Positions 1 to 13,100 are shown, counted from the stretch's first letter. The stretch is DNA of 64,000 nt from Eledone cirrhosa (GCA_964016885.1 OZ024743.1:144460001-144524000), one strand, 5' to 3'. Notes: generated from the letters alone by a model not told the origin. Numbers and translations are program-made.

Positions 1-744
1 TAAACTTTCTCTTAAAGCATTTCCTTTAAATGACTTTAAACTCCGTAAAAATATGTAAATTATGTAGGCGCACACAGACGCTGAAATATTGACTCTATCA
101 ACTTCCAGTCTGATCAAAGGGAATGTGTGTTTTGTATATATTTTTACATTTGATACATTCTTAATATGTTTTAGATTGATTCCGTAAATTTCAATTGAAT
201 CCGTTAATTTAGACTTTTTGCCAATCACGGCAATGTTTAAAAATGTCTCCTGTTTTTAGTTTTGTTTCTTGTATACTGTCTGTTCCTTTTATTATTATAA
301 TTATTTAGGATATATTTCTGACATGTTTACAGACCATTTCTATGTCAACTTTTTTTTTAATCTTTCTCGCTGATTTTGCTAAAGTCCATTTCGATGGCCA
401 CTTTTACTATTCACCCTGAATTTGGCTGCTATTTACCCTACCAAAATTCACTAATTTATTGGGACACAGAGGTAATGGCTATAAATGTAGAAACTGGTGC
501 CATAGAGTTTGCACTCGCTATGAACTTGGTCAAGACTATTATTTGTGTGAATTTTGTGAATAAAATGAATATTTTCAATTCATATTTCACATTTCTTGAA
601 AATTGTTTGGAAGTGTAATCATAGATTACATTAGTCGTATGTATAATTAAATACACTTTTTTGTCATAATTTCCGTGAAATTTATACTGCAATTAAAATA
701 TCTATGAAATGTCTTATACATATACCTTTCACTCTGTAATGGAG

Positions 745-802
745 AGTTATATTTAGTCTTCAAAGTAGCCCCGACGCGGGGCTACGAAGACTAAATATAA
801 CT
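745..802. repeat. Isolated palindrome/hairpin (17+9 bp arms)
   Basis: agttatatttagtcttc-aaa-gtagccccg-acg-cggggctac-gaagactaaatataact; the arms are exact reverse complements apart from a 3-nt bulge. Confidence 0.85.
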
Positions 803-1057
803 GTCAATAACAATATAAGGAATTAAGATACCTTTACAAATTTTTGAGAAAAGTTACATATGATAGAGCCTCATTGAATTATTTCTATATTAGCCACATC
901 CGTCAATAGAAAATTGAGCTATGTGGCATAAAAGATGCAAAATTCACGAAAATCATTCAAAGTAACCCCGGTATACGGCATGCCTTTCACTTTGTAATAT
1001 AATCTTCATTCTATCCACTCCACTGCATTCCGACATGAAACATCGCAACAAGCGCTC

Positions 1058-1103
1058 ACACACACACACATTCACACACATGCACACACACACATGCACA
1101 CAT

Positions 1104-1202
<99 letters not shown>

Positions 1203-1250
1203 CATGCACACACGCATCCATGCACACACACACTTATATATATATATATA
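1058..1250. repeat. (CA)n/(TA)n microsatellite
   Basis: Direct reading; explains the poly-HT/CV ORFs. Confidence 0.98.
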
Positions 1251-1337
1251 TGCAAACATTTTATTTAAATTGTTGGGATACAACAAGCAAATATTTTTAT
1301 AACTGATATAAAGCACTCGACAAATATTTGGAGTAGA

Positions 1338-4137
1338 TATACGATATTTATAAATGGAAACTATATTTATAAAACTATATTTATAAACTATATTTATAAA
1401 CTATATTTATAAAGGGTTAGGTAGAGCCGGGTATAGAAATAAAATTAAATACATCGATAATAATAATAATATACAAAATAACCAAAATAATAACAACTTT
1501 AATTATGGTAACAATTTCAACAACCATAATAGAAAATATTACTATAACTCCGAAAGTCTAAAAAGAAATAGAACTAGGAATATATTATTGTTCGCTCCCC
1601 CTTTCTCACTAAATATTAAAACCCCTATTGCTAAACTACTCTTTAAAGCTCTTGACAAACGATTCCCTAGAACACATAAATATTACTCAATTTTTAATAG
1701 ACATACTATAAAATTAACCTACTCTTCCACCAAAAATTTAGCGCAAAATATTAATAGAATTAATAATAGAAATTTAAAACCTAAAATACCAATAATAACC
1801 CAAGCAATATTCAATCGAATAACTGTAACTGTAGAAATAAATCCAACTGTCCGTTAAATAACAACTGCTTAGCTAAAAATGTAGTTTATAATTGTAATGT
1901 TAAAACTAATTTAAATTCATTTAACTATGTCGGTTCTACCTCTACAGAATTTAAATCCCGCTTCAATAATCATAAAAATTCTTTTACAGATCAAAACAAA
2001 AAATCTTCAACTTCGCTATCTAGCCTATTATGGGACCTAAAACGAGATAATGTTGAATATTCGCTGATTTGGAATATTATTTCAAAAGCTACTCCTTTTA
2101 ATTCCTCTTCAGAAAATTGTGACCTTTGTATAGAGGAAATATTTTTATATTAAAGACCAAAAATTCCCTTAATTTAAGGAATAATTTATTCAGTTGCTGC
2201 AGGCATAGATTGAACTCAACGTTTAAATATAAATATAAATTTAAAATGTAGTTTAATTAATTAAGTAATTTAGTTAATATATCTAACCTGTCGCTAAATC
2301 ATTAGATTCCTTCACCTTTTTCATTTTCTTTGGTTAAGTACCCAAATATAAATAAATATAATAAACTATTCTAAAAAAGTTTATCCTTTCAATATCTTGA
2401 ATAAAATATACGTAAGATAAATCTCTATACTAAACATATTATTTTAGCTTAAAATATTCTATAATATTTTAAGAGTTTTTAAAATTTTTAAAAATATTTT
2501 TGGAATTGTTGAAATTTTAAAGATTTTTAAAAAAATTTTTTGAAATTTTTTAAGATTTTTTAAAATTTAAAAAAATTTCTTTATTTTTTTATTTTTATTT
2601 TTAAACTTTTTAATATTTTGATATCTGTAGAATCCTTGTTTTTTAAGTTATATTGATATAATATTTTATTTTTTATTAGATTTATTTTTTATTAGATTCA
2701 TTTTATTTTTTATTTTTTATTTTTATTAGCTTTGTTTTTATTAGATTTGTTTTTATTCTGATAGCTTCTCATAATTTTTATTAGATTTATTTTTTATTCT
2801 GATAGCTTCTCATAATTTTCAAAAGTTTGTCCTTTCAATATCTTGATTAAAATATACGTAAGATTAATTTCTATACTAAATATATTAAACATATTATTTT
2901 AACTTAAAATATTCCATAATATTTTGGGATATTTTAGTATTTTGATATTTGTAGAATTCGTTTGCTTTTTAAGTTATATTGATATAATTATATTTCCAAA
3001 ATATAATCCTTTTGTATTTTATATACTCAATTGTACTATGTTATATGTTAATTATATCTATATATGGCTAATGTATCTATATGTGTGTGTTGACATGCAT
3101 ATACATGTGTTATATGTTTTTTTTATGATTATATGTCTGTCTGTATATATGCATGAGTGACGCGTGTATACCAATTGAAGATGCACACACATATCTATTC
3201 ATGTATAGCTAAGAATTATGGATGTGAATGTACAGGCTTACACATGCAGTTTTTGATTGCAGATATGCATAACTTAACAGCCATAAATGCATGAAAGTTA
3301 ATCCTATATATTTATATATATATACTAAAAACTTTTAATTTTTAATTAATAACACAGGCAAAAAATCACTTATGCTTTGTGTATATATATATTATGTACG
3401 GGAGTAGATATAATGTGTATTTTCTGAGTGAGTGTGTATATATATATATATTTATGTACCTTTGCCTATGTGTATGTAATATGCGATAGATAATGTCTCT
3501 AGCAATATATATATTTTATAATGTTTAAATTCCAATTTTTAATATATTGATCTCAATTTTAAACTAAATATCTAATCATAATTAAACAATGTCTAATTTC
3601 TCATATTATATATCTATATTCCATTCATGAATATTAATATTTCTAATTTTATTTATGCTTTTCATCCCAATTGTTAACTCAACTTAATATGACATAACTT
3701 AAGGCTTTCGTTCTCTCTCCCCTCTCTCTATCTCTATATATCTCTTTCTGGATTTTTTTTCTCTGTCTGATGGTTTGATATCTCCCCGTTATTTTTCCTC
3801 TGTTCTCTTTTCTTTTTGTTTTCTTCTTTTTCTTTATCTATCTCTCCCTTTCTTTTCTCCACGTTTCTCTCCCTCTCTCTATCCTTTTACTTACTCTTAA
3901 CACTATGACTTACTCTTAACACTATGACTTACTAAAGTAAACAAATCACTATCCTGATGGCCTCCAAAAACAACGGTCAATTTTTAAAAGGAGTACGTCA
4001 ATGTCTATTTATAAAACTGTTATATTGTATTTTGTCTGATGAAGGCATACCATAATGTAACTTGGTATCCTTGAAATATATATAATGAAAAAAATATGGT
4101 TTTATAAATATAGTTTCCATTTATTAATATCGTATAT
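1338..4137 (+). mobile_element. 5'-truncated Penelope-like element (Naiad type): RT thumb + GIY-YIG endonuclease fragment, long AT-rich 3' region, inverted terminal segment
   Basis: ORF 1588-1857 (APPFSLNIKT..FPRTHKYYSIFNRHTIKLTYS) continues after a frameshift as CNCRNKSNCPLNNNCLAKNVVYNC..YVGSTSTEFKSRFNNHKNSF..TSLSSLLWDLK..CDLCIEE; 1338-1377 is the reverse complement of 4099-4137. Confidence 0.85.
4030..4090 (+). ncRNA. Minimal type I hammerhead ribozyme in a PLE pLTR
   Basis: ttttgt CTGATGA aggcatacca..tggtatcctt GAAA tatata TA atgaaa; stem I closes with G-U pairs. Confidence 0.7.
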
Positions 4138-4817
4138 ATATATAGGAAAATGTTTGGGGGTCAAACATTTTCCTATACTCTACTACCCTAAGTATTGAGT
4201 ACTCTGGTGCGTTATGGTCCATCTGGTTCCTTACCACACCTCCTTCGTTATATATATATATATATGGTTAGATGTTAGCTTAATCCGTTAATGAGATGAA
4301 CTTGCCATTTTCTAATAACAGTAGGTATAGAAAGTTCATGACAACAAGTTACTTATCCTACAACGAATATAGGAAACTCCACTAACAATTGCCAGCCTTT
4401 CTAGACATATGCTTTTCAGAATGGAATTTTTTCCTTTAAGAATTTTCGTTCTTTTATCGCTAAACGGAATATTTCTCTATTAATATAAATATCTGCGACG
4501 TAGTTAATATTTCGCTACTCCTTACTTTAATATAAGCAATTACTCCTTTTACCCCACCAATATTCAATATTTATCTTCGCTCAGGAAGTCTCATTCTTTG
4601 AAGTTTACATAAACTAGACGGGTCCGAATAGTTACAGTACGCGAAATAAAACAATGACCTCATCTTGAAGTTTTCGAAAAAAATGCATATTTACTACAAA
4701 TAAATATATTGAAAACACAGTAAAATATGCGGAATAGCCTTCTCCCCAGTAAATTACGAAAGCCGTTAAAATTTAAGTAGAAATAAAAAATAAAATGAAG
4801 TAACATAAAATACTCAC

Positions 4818-5326
4818 ATTGAAAAGTTTTCGAAACTAGTTTGTTTACAATATTATTCACGCGTTCAAAGTTTTTAACAGAAAATGTAAATTCTGAACTG
4901 CTTGCAATATTTTCAATTTCTTGTTTATCATAGTTCTTTACTCCGATAGCAAATACCATAGCACCAGTTGCCTTTAGACTTTCAGCAGCAACTTTTGCAG
5001 ATACTCTATTCCATGACTTTCCATCAATCATCACAATGGCAATATTTTGTACATTTTTCCTGTCTCCATATTTTTCGGTGAATGAAGTTTTTCTTAAATA
5101 ATTCAATGCTTTATCTGTGTTAGTTAACCCACGAGAATACTGGATTTTGTCAATTGCCTTGTTTATTTGCTCTCTAGTAAAATATCTATTCAAGTCAAAC
5201 TCGTTTTGCACATCAGTACTATAAGTAATTACACCTATCCGCACAGCATTGGAACCAACAGGGGAGTATTTAATTATATATTTTGCAAAGTTCTTCATTA
5301 TATCAAAGTTATGACTGCGAACACTG
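4818..5326 (-). CDS. VWA (von Willebrand factor A) domain exon of a secreted matrilin/collagen VI-like protein, 5' part disrupted
   Basis: YSVRSHNFDIMKNF..VRIGVITYSTDVQNEFDL..YSRGLTNTDKAL..GDRKNVQNIAIVMIDGKS..VFAIGV..IAS; donor GTGAGT at 4817-4812; upstream end runs into (TACA)n and an RTE. Confidence 0.88.
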
Positions 5327-5358
5327 TATGTATGTATGTATGTATGTATGTATGTATG

Positions 5359-5386
<28 letters not shown>

Positions 5387-5389
<3 letters not shown>

Positions 5390-6803
5390 GAGACCTCTTG
5401 TATGCAGATGATTGCGATCTTGTAGCGCACACAGAGAGTGATATGCAGCACATTTTGAATGCATTTTCTGACGCTTGCACTGCCCTGGGTTTGACTGTCA
5501 GTCTCAAGAAAACCGTCGTCATGTACCAACCTGCCCCTAGTAAGCAGTACACTGAACCAAACATCTATGTGTATGGCAAACGACTTGGAGTGGTTGATCA
5601 GTTTGTCTACCTGGGAAGCACTGTCAATCGATACGGCAACCTTGACAGTGAAATCTCACTTAGGATTAGGAAAGCAAGTGATGCTTTCGGAAAGCTAGAA
5701 AGGCGACTCTGGGGTCGGCGAGACATATGCAGCAGGACAAAGGTAAAGGTGTACAGGGCATGTGTACTCTCTTGTCTTCTTTATGCCTGCGAGACCTGGG
5801 TCACATATCGACACCACCTTAAGCAATTGGAGCGTTTCCATCAGATGTGTCTCAGACGGATCCATGGCGTTCACTGGAGGGACCACATCAGTGATGTCGA
5901 GATTTTGGAAAGCTCTATGTGTGACAGTATAGAAGCTCTTGTGCTTAAGCAACGACTCCGTTGGAGTGGCCACCTTGCCAGGATGAAGGATTCTAGAATA
6001 CCAAAACAACTCTTCTATGGAGAGTTGGTTAAAGGAAAACGACCGCCACATAAACCAAAAAAGAGGTATAAGGATTCCTTGAAAGCCTCTCTGAAAGACG
6101 CTAACATCTCTGCTGATACATGGGAAAATATTGCTGCTGATCGTAATAAATGGAGAAAGACTGTATATGAGGGAAAAGTTGCCTTTGAGGCATCTCGAAT
6201 CGCACACGAGAAAGTAAAGCGGGATGTGAGGAAGGGCATTACTGTTGCACTTCCAGACGGCGAGGGTCCTCCTATGGTGCTGACATGCAGCGTATGTGCG
6301 AGACTCTGCCTAAGCAAAGCTGGACTCGAAAGTCATCTTCGCAGTCATAAAGTAAGACCAGTGGTTGACTACCAGGCTGCTGTTGGAGATGCTACTCATC
6401 ATGCTTGCCAAACATGTGGTAGAGAATGTAAATCAGCAGGAGGGCTCAAGCGACATGCAAAAGTACACGAACTCCAACCATAGCCGACTATTCCCAGTGA
6501 ATGTTTTGGTTGCCGACTCTGTGCAAGACATTTTAGATCATTGGCTGGGCTAAAAAGCCACATTCGATCGCAGCACTGTTAGTTGCTATCGTGTGTGTGT
6601 GTGTGTGTGTGTGTAGATATGCTTGTGTGCGTGTGTGTGTATATATATATATGAATATGTATATTATTATTGTTGTTGTTATTATTATTATTGCTATTAT
6701 TATTATTATTATTATTGTTATTAATGTATGTGTGTGTGTATATGTGTGTGTGTATGTGTATATGTATGTATATATATATATATATATATTTCTTTTTTTT
6801 TAA

Positions 6804-6835
<32 letters not shown>

Positions 6836-6885
6836 TTATTTCTTCTCGTGCAATGGCCATACTCGATAACGAGGGGGCAGCCATC
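5387..6885 (+). mobile_element. 5'-truncated RTE-clade LINE (RT C-terminus plus C2H2 fingers) flanked by (TGTA)n
   Basis: LLYADD, FVYLGS, TKVKVYRACVLSCLLYACETW, RLRWSGHLARM..RIPKQLFYGEL, C2H2 motifs; 3' tail ends ..gcagccatc(atgt)n. Confidence 0.93.
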
Positions 6886-6936
6886 ATGTATGTATGTATG
6901 TATGTATGTATGTATGTATGTATGTATGTATGTATG

Positions 6937-7207
6937 TCAGGTCGCTCTTCAGCGCTACTGGTAACATTTAACCCAGTATAACCTGTGCATGCCGGGTCAT
7001 TGGTGACTAAACCAAGCAAGCTTGGTGGGGAGCGTGATTTTCGACACCCTGTGGGACGAAAAACTCAACCCGTCAAAGGGCGGAGAAACTCAAGAGAGTC
7101 AACGGCCATCCAATAAAGCTATATTTTTTTGTAGAGTGAGAGACCCCTAGTCTTCGATAAGACATCTCTCTAGGAGAATGTCTGTCTGATATAAAACCTG
7201 CGACTTC
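6937..7207 (+). mobile_element. RTE-like 5'UTR fragment (possible degraded HDV-like ribozyme at its start)
   Basis: Follows the (TGTA)n tail; aaactcaacccgtcaaagggcggagaaactc resembles RTE 5'UTRs as I recall them. Confidence 0.5.
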
Positions 7208-7851
7208 GTTTGCATTCAATAATGTAGATCAGTTCTTCTTTTTGGGCAAATGTATTCGATGCTCAAAGAGTGGGATTGGCCCCGCGCAGAACCCTTTCTC
7301 ATTTAAAAAAGCTTCAAGCACAGGCATCGCTTGATATGTGACATTTTTTGCAATGCATGATATTACTGACCATAGGCAAGTCCCTAGCAGGACTAAAAAA
7401 CCACGTCCTTGATGCTCATGCTTAAGTATCAATCGATCGCATTACTCGAAATCGATGAGCTAAATATGTCGGAGTCTTACCATGTGGTTATCAAATAGTA
7501 AAATATGTTATATATTTATAATTGGCTTTCAGCCGTTCAAAAGAATTAAACATGTGTCATGCAAATAAATATATATCTGTCAAACTGTAATTTCAGTCTC
7601 CAAATATGCTGGTCTATTTTGTTGACTCCTAAGACTGTTAATTCAAAATATTTGAATAACAAACCCACATGGAGTGCTTAACACAGTAACGTCAGCATTT
7701 AGTGCCTAACAACCGACTTATATATACTAACATTTATTTGACAGAACCAGACAATGCCCCGTCACATCCAGTAGAATATTATTTCTAATTTCTTAAAATT
7801 TGAAGAGGTTACAGGTTGAAACAACTCGAGCTCGCGATCGGAACTCTACTC

Positions 7852-7927
<76 letters not shown>

Positions 7928-7929
<2 letters not shown>

Positions 7930-8116
7930 CGAAGGAAATGTGGTAAGGAACCAGGTGGACCATAACGCACCAAAGTACTCAATACTTAGGGTAGTAGAGT
8001 GGGTAATAGGAACAAGTAAGACCCCGACGGCTGAGCTCAAGCCGTTTCGACGGCTAATTCTGGACTGCATTAGCCGTCGAGACGGCTTGAGCTCAGCCGT
8101 CGGGGTCTTACTTGTT

Positions 8117-8121
<5 letters not shown>
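7928..8121. mobile_element. PLE-terminus fragment with about 52-bp-arm palindrome inside (TA)n
   Basis: 8007-8121 is a near-perfect inverted repeat; 7928-8000 is the reverse complement of 4177-4250. Confidence 0.7.
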
Positions 8122-8160
<39 letters not shown>

Positions 8161-8416
8161 TGTATATTAGGCTTCTACATAAACTGGAAATATTCTCCCA
8201 ATTTTGTAGAAAACTTATAATGAAACAATTGTTTGGAAAGAGAGATATATTTTAACTTTAATTATATCTCATAAAATAATACAACTGGCTTTTCCACATA
8301 ATACATATTGTTAGCACCCCAAACACTTAAATTGGGATTATATTAAAATATAACCTAATGTTTGTTGAGTGAGATGGTTACCAGAGTTTAGCTTTAAACT
8401 ATCTCTGTTATTGTAT

Positions 8417-8453
<37 letters not shown>

Positions 8454-8459
8454 ATGTAT

Positions 8460-8527
<68 letters not shown>

Positions 8528-8802
8528 CTGCAAAGCGGTTCTAAAATCTAGATCATTTATATATATATTCACACATCTCTCTCTGTTTGATCCTAGTACA
8601 TTGCACCGTGGGATCAAACCGGAAACAGTCTTGTTGTAAAACGATCTTCTATGACGGACAATCATTTCCCTCAATAAAAATATTACAGAATACGAAATAG
8701 CGGATATATAACTATAATAGATCGAACAAAGCATGTAAATTATTCAATCTAGTCATAAGTCAATTGTAAAAAAATATTATTCATGTAAAGTGACATACTT
8801 AC

Positions 8803-8847
8803 CACCAACTGGTTGTAATGATACTAGTTTGGCAAATGAACAAAGTC
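8803..8847 (-). CDS. Exon 2 (45 nt, phase 1-1) of the secreted-protein gene: GLCSFAKLVSLQPVG
   Basis: ttgcag/ acceptor and /gtaagt donor; conserved in the paralog at 60929-60970. Confidence 0.8.
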
Positions 8848-8976
8848 CTGCAATATAAAAGAAAATATTTTTCAGAATAAAACACAAGTTTTAAAATATA
8901 CTTTTACAAATGAAGTCAAAATGGAGTGAAAAATCAATACTGGTTTTTAAGTATATTCTGATGCAGTATTACTTAC

Positions 8977-9007
8977 CAAACAGGGAGAGAATGTAGATTG
9001 GCGTCAT
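8977..9007 (-). CDS. Exon 1 CDS (31 nt): MTPIYILSLF, signal-peptide start
   Basis: ATG at 9007, /gtaagt donor, in frame with exon 2, conserved in the paralog. Confidence 0.8.
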
Positions 9008-9018
9008 GATTAGTCTTC

Positions 9019-9065
9019 GAACTAATCAAAAGTGACAATAGCTCTAACGTTCGGCATTATATATG
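9019..9065 (-). promoter_or_regulatory. Putative core promoter (TATATAA about 30 nt upstream of an Inr-like TTAGTT)
   Basis: Same spacing preserved in the paralog at 60620-60665. Confidence 0.5.
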
Positions 9066-9290
9066 GATATATGTGTGTGTGTGTATATATATATATATAT
9101 ACACACATATATATATTATATGTATATATATACATATGTATATATACATATATATATATGTGTGTGTGTGAGAGAGAGAGTGTGTTTGTGTGTTTGTACA
9201 TGTACACACGTACATTCACGCTTGCATTGATATACAAATACATTTAAATGTAAGCATTAAGATGTACATGCAAGAATTGGACATATGATA

Positions 9291-9470
9291 ATTGTTTCTA
9301 CTTTAGGCACAAGGCCAGCAACTACCCAGTGCCTCACTGGTACTTTATTTTATCGACCCCGTAAGGATGAAAGGCAAAGTCAACCTCGGCGGGATTTGAA
9401 CTCAGATCGTAAAGGGACGTAACTATGCTAGAAAGCATGGCGTCCGACCCTCTACCGATACTGCCAATCC
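9291..9470 (-). mobile_element. tRNA-derived SINE (Nin/Deu-like central domain)
   Basis: A box TGGCAGTATCGG, B box GAGTTCAAATCC, gcctttcatccttacggggtcgataaaataaagtaccag domain, tail ccttgtgcctaaagtagaaacaat. Confidence 0.9.
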
Positions 9471-9502
9471 AAACCAAGTTAAATATCTGCACGTTAGTAA
9501 CA

Positions 9503-9672
9503 ATCGGTAGAGGGTCGGACGCCATGCTTTCCAGCATAGTTACGTCCCTTTACGATCTGAGTTCAAATCCCGCCGAGGTTGATTTTGCCTTTCATCCTTA
9601 CGGGGTCTATAAAATAAAGTACCAGTAATGAACTGGGTAATTTGCTGGCCTTGTGCCTAAAGTAGAAACAAA
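9503..9672 (+). mobile_element. SINE of the same family, inverted relative to the neighbour
   Basis: Near-identical reverse complement of 9291-9460. Confidence 0.9.
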
Positions 9673-9772
9673 TATTATAAATATTGCTAATACTAATGTG
9701 TAACACGTTAAATATATCCTAAAATATACATCTACATACAAACACATATATGTGAAGTCTTTTATTCACGTT

Positions 9773-9978
9773 ATAGGCACAAGGCCAGCAATTATGGGGG
9801 GGGGGGGAGGAAAGTCAATTAGATCGACCCCAGGGCGTGACTGGTGCTTTATTTTACCGACCCCGTAAGGATGAAAGGCAAAGTTAACCTCGGCGAGATT
9901 TGAACTCCCATGCAAAGCATGGCGTCCGACCATCTACCGATAGTACCAATCCACCGCCCTATAGAGATGATGATGATG

Positions 9979-10013
<35 letters not shown>

Positions 10014-10103
10014 TGTTTCTACTTTTGGCACAAGGCCAGAAATTCACCAGTGCATTACTGGTACTTTATTTTATCGACCCCGTAAGGATGAAAGGCAAAG
10101 TTA
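9773..10103 (-). mobile_element. Two further SINE copies (9773-9960 variant; 10011-10103 5'-truncated) separated by (AAT)n
   Basis: Same central domain and tail. Confidence 0.85.
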
Positions 10104-10133
10104 ATTTTTAATAATAATAATAATAATAATAAT

Positions 10134-13100
10134 GCTTTCTTTATTAACCACAAGGGTTTACATAAAGTAGACATTAAGGACAGTACAGGAGAATACAGGA
10201 CGGTACAAATGGGCATTTCTGCGTGTAAAAAAACAAAAACAGAGGATGTAACAAAAAAATAACAATGAAAATTTCCCAATAGGGGGCAGACTTCCGAGAG
10301 ACATTTGTGGAGAAAGCCCAGTAAAAGGCCACAGTGACCCTGACCACCAGGGCAAGTGCCCTCTCCCAGTTTTCTACCTTTAATTTACAGACACATACTG
10401 AGAGTAGCCCATTCACTCGTGCCATACTTGCTTCTCTCACCCATCTGGGAAGAGAGCACTTCCCTCTCTACCCTGATTTTCCTTTTCAAATGAAATTTGA
10501 AAAAGTTAATCAGGGCATCACCGAAGAGGTAAGTGCTCGTCTTAAGCCCTTTCAAACGTGTTCACCATACTATCTCTTTCGCCATGGCCACCAGACAGAT
10601 AACTGCCTTCCCTTCCCGGCTAAAGGAAGAGGGCGGGGCAATCCTCACGATGGACACAGCTGATAGCTGGATCCGTCCTACACGTGACAGAAGGTGTTCG
10701 ACATAAACCCAGAAGTCAACAATGCTCGGACACTGGACGAGTCCGTGCAGGACGGTTTCGTCGCCCTGCGCGCATCTCGGACATGCCCGGCTGACGGTAC
10801 CTCCATGCCAGTAGAGTTTATCCCGAACTGGCAAAGCTCCTCGGTAGCACTGCCAGGCCAGGGATTTCTGGGAGTTGTCCATAGGCCCCGGCCCGAAAGT
10901 TCTTCCGAAGAGATTGGCTAGTTGATTTTCATCGACGCCTAGAGTTTCCCCAGGTACGTCGTCGCTCTTCGCCTCCACTAATCCTCTATAGAACGCCAAG
11001 GTGGAGTTTCCACCGATCATATTGCCCGATTGGTCGAGGGTTGTGAGCGCCTGAAGACATTCCAGTCTCCAAGCGCTCCCTCTCGGTCTTCGCTTGACCC
11101 AGGACTGCAGCTCCGTCAAGGAGACGAGCTGAGGAAAGACGCATCTAGCAAACGACGACCACACCTGATCACCGTCGTGGAAGAGGTGGAGATGTCGTAG
11201 CCTGAGCGCGTGTCTGCGCATCATCAGCCACGGCATGCCCAGCCCTCCACGTAGCGGGTGTTGACAGCAGATGGACCGCCTGACCATCGGTGCGCGTCCC
11301 TTCCACAAAAAGCGAAAGAGCAAACGCTCCAGCGCAGTCAGGCGGGGATTAGGACAAGGTACGACGGTCAGGCGGTAGCAGATGACGGACGCGATGTACG
11401 CGTTAGCCACCTCCGCTCGACCTTTCAGGGATAGCTTCCACTCCACCCATTTCTGGGTGAGAGAAGCCACCCTGCTCGTCACCTCGTCCCAGTTTTTGTC
11501 AATCTGGAGGTCCGGACAACCAGACCCCTAGTAATTTAACCAGTCCGTCCGTCCAGCGGCCGACGACGCTGTTGGACGGCATGGACCTGCCTCTCCAGGT
11601 GCCGAGCTGCAGGCCCACTGACTTTTCCTGGTTGATCATTGCTCCTGTCACCGTTTCGTATTCTCTTAGTGTAGTGCCGATCGCCTCGCTGTGTTTGGCG
11701 TTCGACACCACTACGGTGATATCGTCCGCATATGCTGACACGGATCTCCCGTATCCTAGTTCGCGCGGGATACCCCTCAACGTCTCCAGTTTGTGCAGTA
11801 ATGGGTCGAGAGTCAATACGTACAAGAGGGACGAGAGGGGACATCCTTGGAGGACCGAGCGCATGATGTTGAACGGTTCCGAAAGGTGACCGTTCACTCT
11901 CACCACAGAGCAGATGTCGCTGTGCATGGCAGCGATCCAGCCTCTGAAGACGGGCCCAAAGCCAGCCGCCCTCAGGACTGCCGCTAGGTAACGATGATCG
12001 ACCCTATCGAAAGCTTTCGACTGATCTAAATTGATCAAAGTCCCACCCGTACCAGGTGCCCTAGCTACCCTCTCTACGATGTATCGCATGAGGTGGAGGT
12101 TGTCGTGGATGGATCTATCGGGAATGACGCATGTTTGCGCCTCTCCCACCAGACCACCAACGACAAGCGCCAACCTGTTTTCTAGCACCTTGGCCAAAAT
12201 CTTGAACTCTGTGTTTAGCAGAGTTATGGGCCTGAAATTATCTATGTTATCCCCCTTGTTTGGATCCTTTCTCAGCAGCGCCACAGCTCCTCGGCTCACA
12301 GAGCTGGGAATTCTCCCATTCTGTTGCCAGTTGCAGTAGACGTCCGCCAAGAGGCCTCCGAACAAGTCTGGCATCTATACGTAAAATTCATAGGGCAGAC
12401 CATCCAAACCAGACGATTTACCCCTTGTGCAGCCACTCATTGCCTCCCGTACTTCAGCGGCTGTCATCGGCTTTTCGCAACACTCCGCCTCAGTGGCCGA
12501 GAGCCGCGGCAGTCCGTCGAGGTAGATACTAAAGTCCATCCCTCGATCCCGCCCGCCGCTGCCCCCGAAAAGTTGAGCGAAGTGTCGCTGAAAAGCTTCA
12601 CACATTTGCCCGGGATCGAGTAGCATGCGCCCATCGTGGTCCACCACAGACCGGATCGTGGCTTTGTTACCACGACGATCCTCCGCCACTCGGGCCCATT
12701 GAACGGCTTTCGTCCGCTCGTGTCTGAGAGCACGTACCCCAGCACTGACAACACAGCCTTCGTGCTTTGCATTGAAGAATTGGTCAAGGGCCAATTTCGT
12801 CGCAAGTACGTCGCTCGCGATGTCTTTGCTAAGCGCCTCGTCTAATTTTCTAACTAGTTCTCGCTCTGCTCTATTTTTCTCTATTGCTGAAGCCTTACTA
12901 AACCTAATGGACTCTATTCTAATCGCTCTTTTCAGAGCAAACCATCACTTGTTGTTGACGATGGCCCCCGTCAACGCCCGCTTAACTAGTTCGCTAATCC
13001 GGTCTCTGTAGGCCTTGCGCGCTGGTAAGGACGCGTTTAGCTTAAAGTAACCGGGTCCTTGTCTATGAAGCCTATCTAAGTCAACCACACAGATCACGAA

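Noticed and set aside
376-692. Short ORFs at the window start and at 7229-7432 as further host exons
   Set aside because: No recognisable motif or convincing splice-site pair
953-1316. Poly-HT/CV/YI/LL ORFs here and at 6.6, 8.4, 42.7, 45.3, 55, 60.4 and 61.5 kb
   Set aside because: Translations of microsatellites
5320-5335. Cryptic acceptor tacag/ from the microsatellite rescuing the VWA exon
   Set aside because: No polypyrimidine tract, and phase-incompatible with the phase-1 end of exon 2
4660-5529. 289-aa ORF as one protein
   Set aside because: Chimera of antisense RTE, (TACA)n, the VWA exon and intron read-through past a GTGAGT donor
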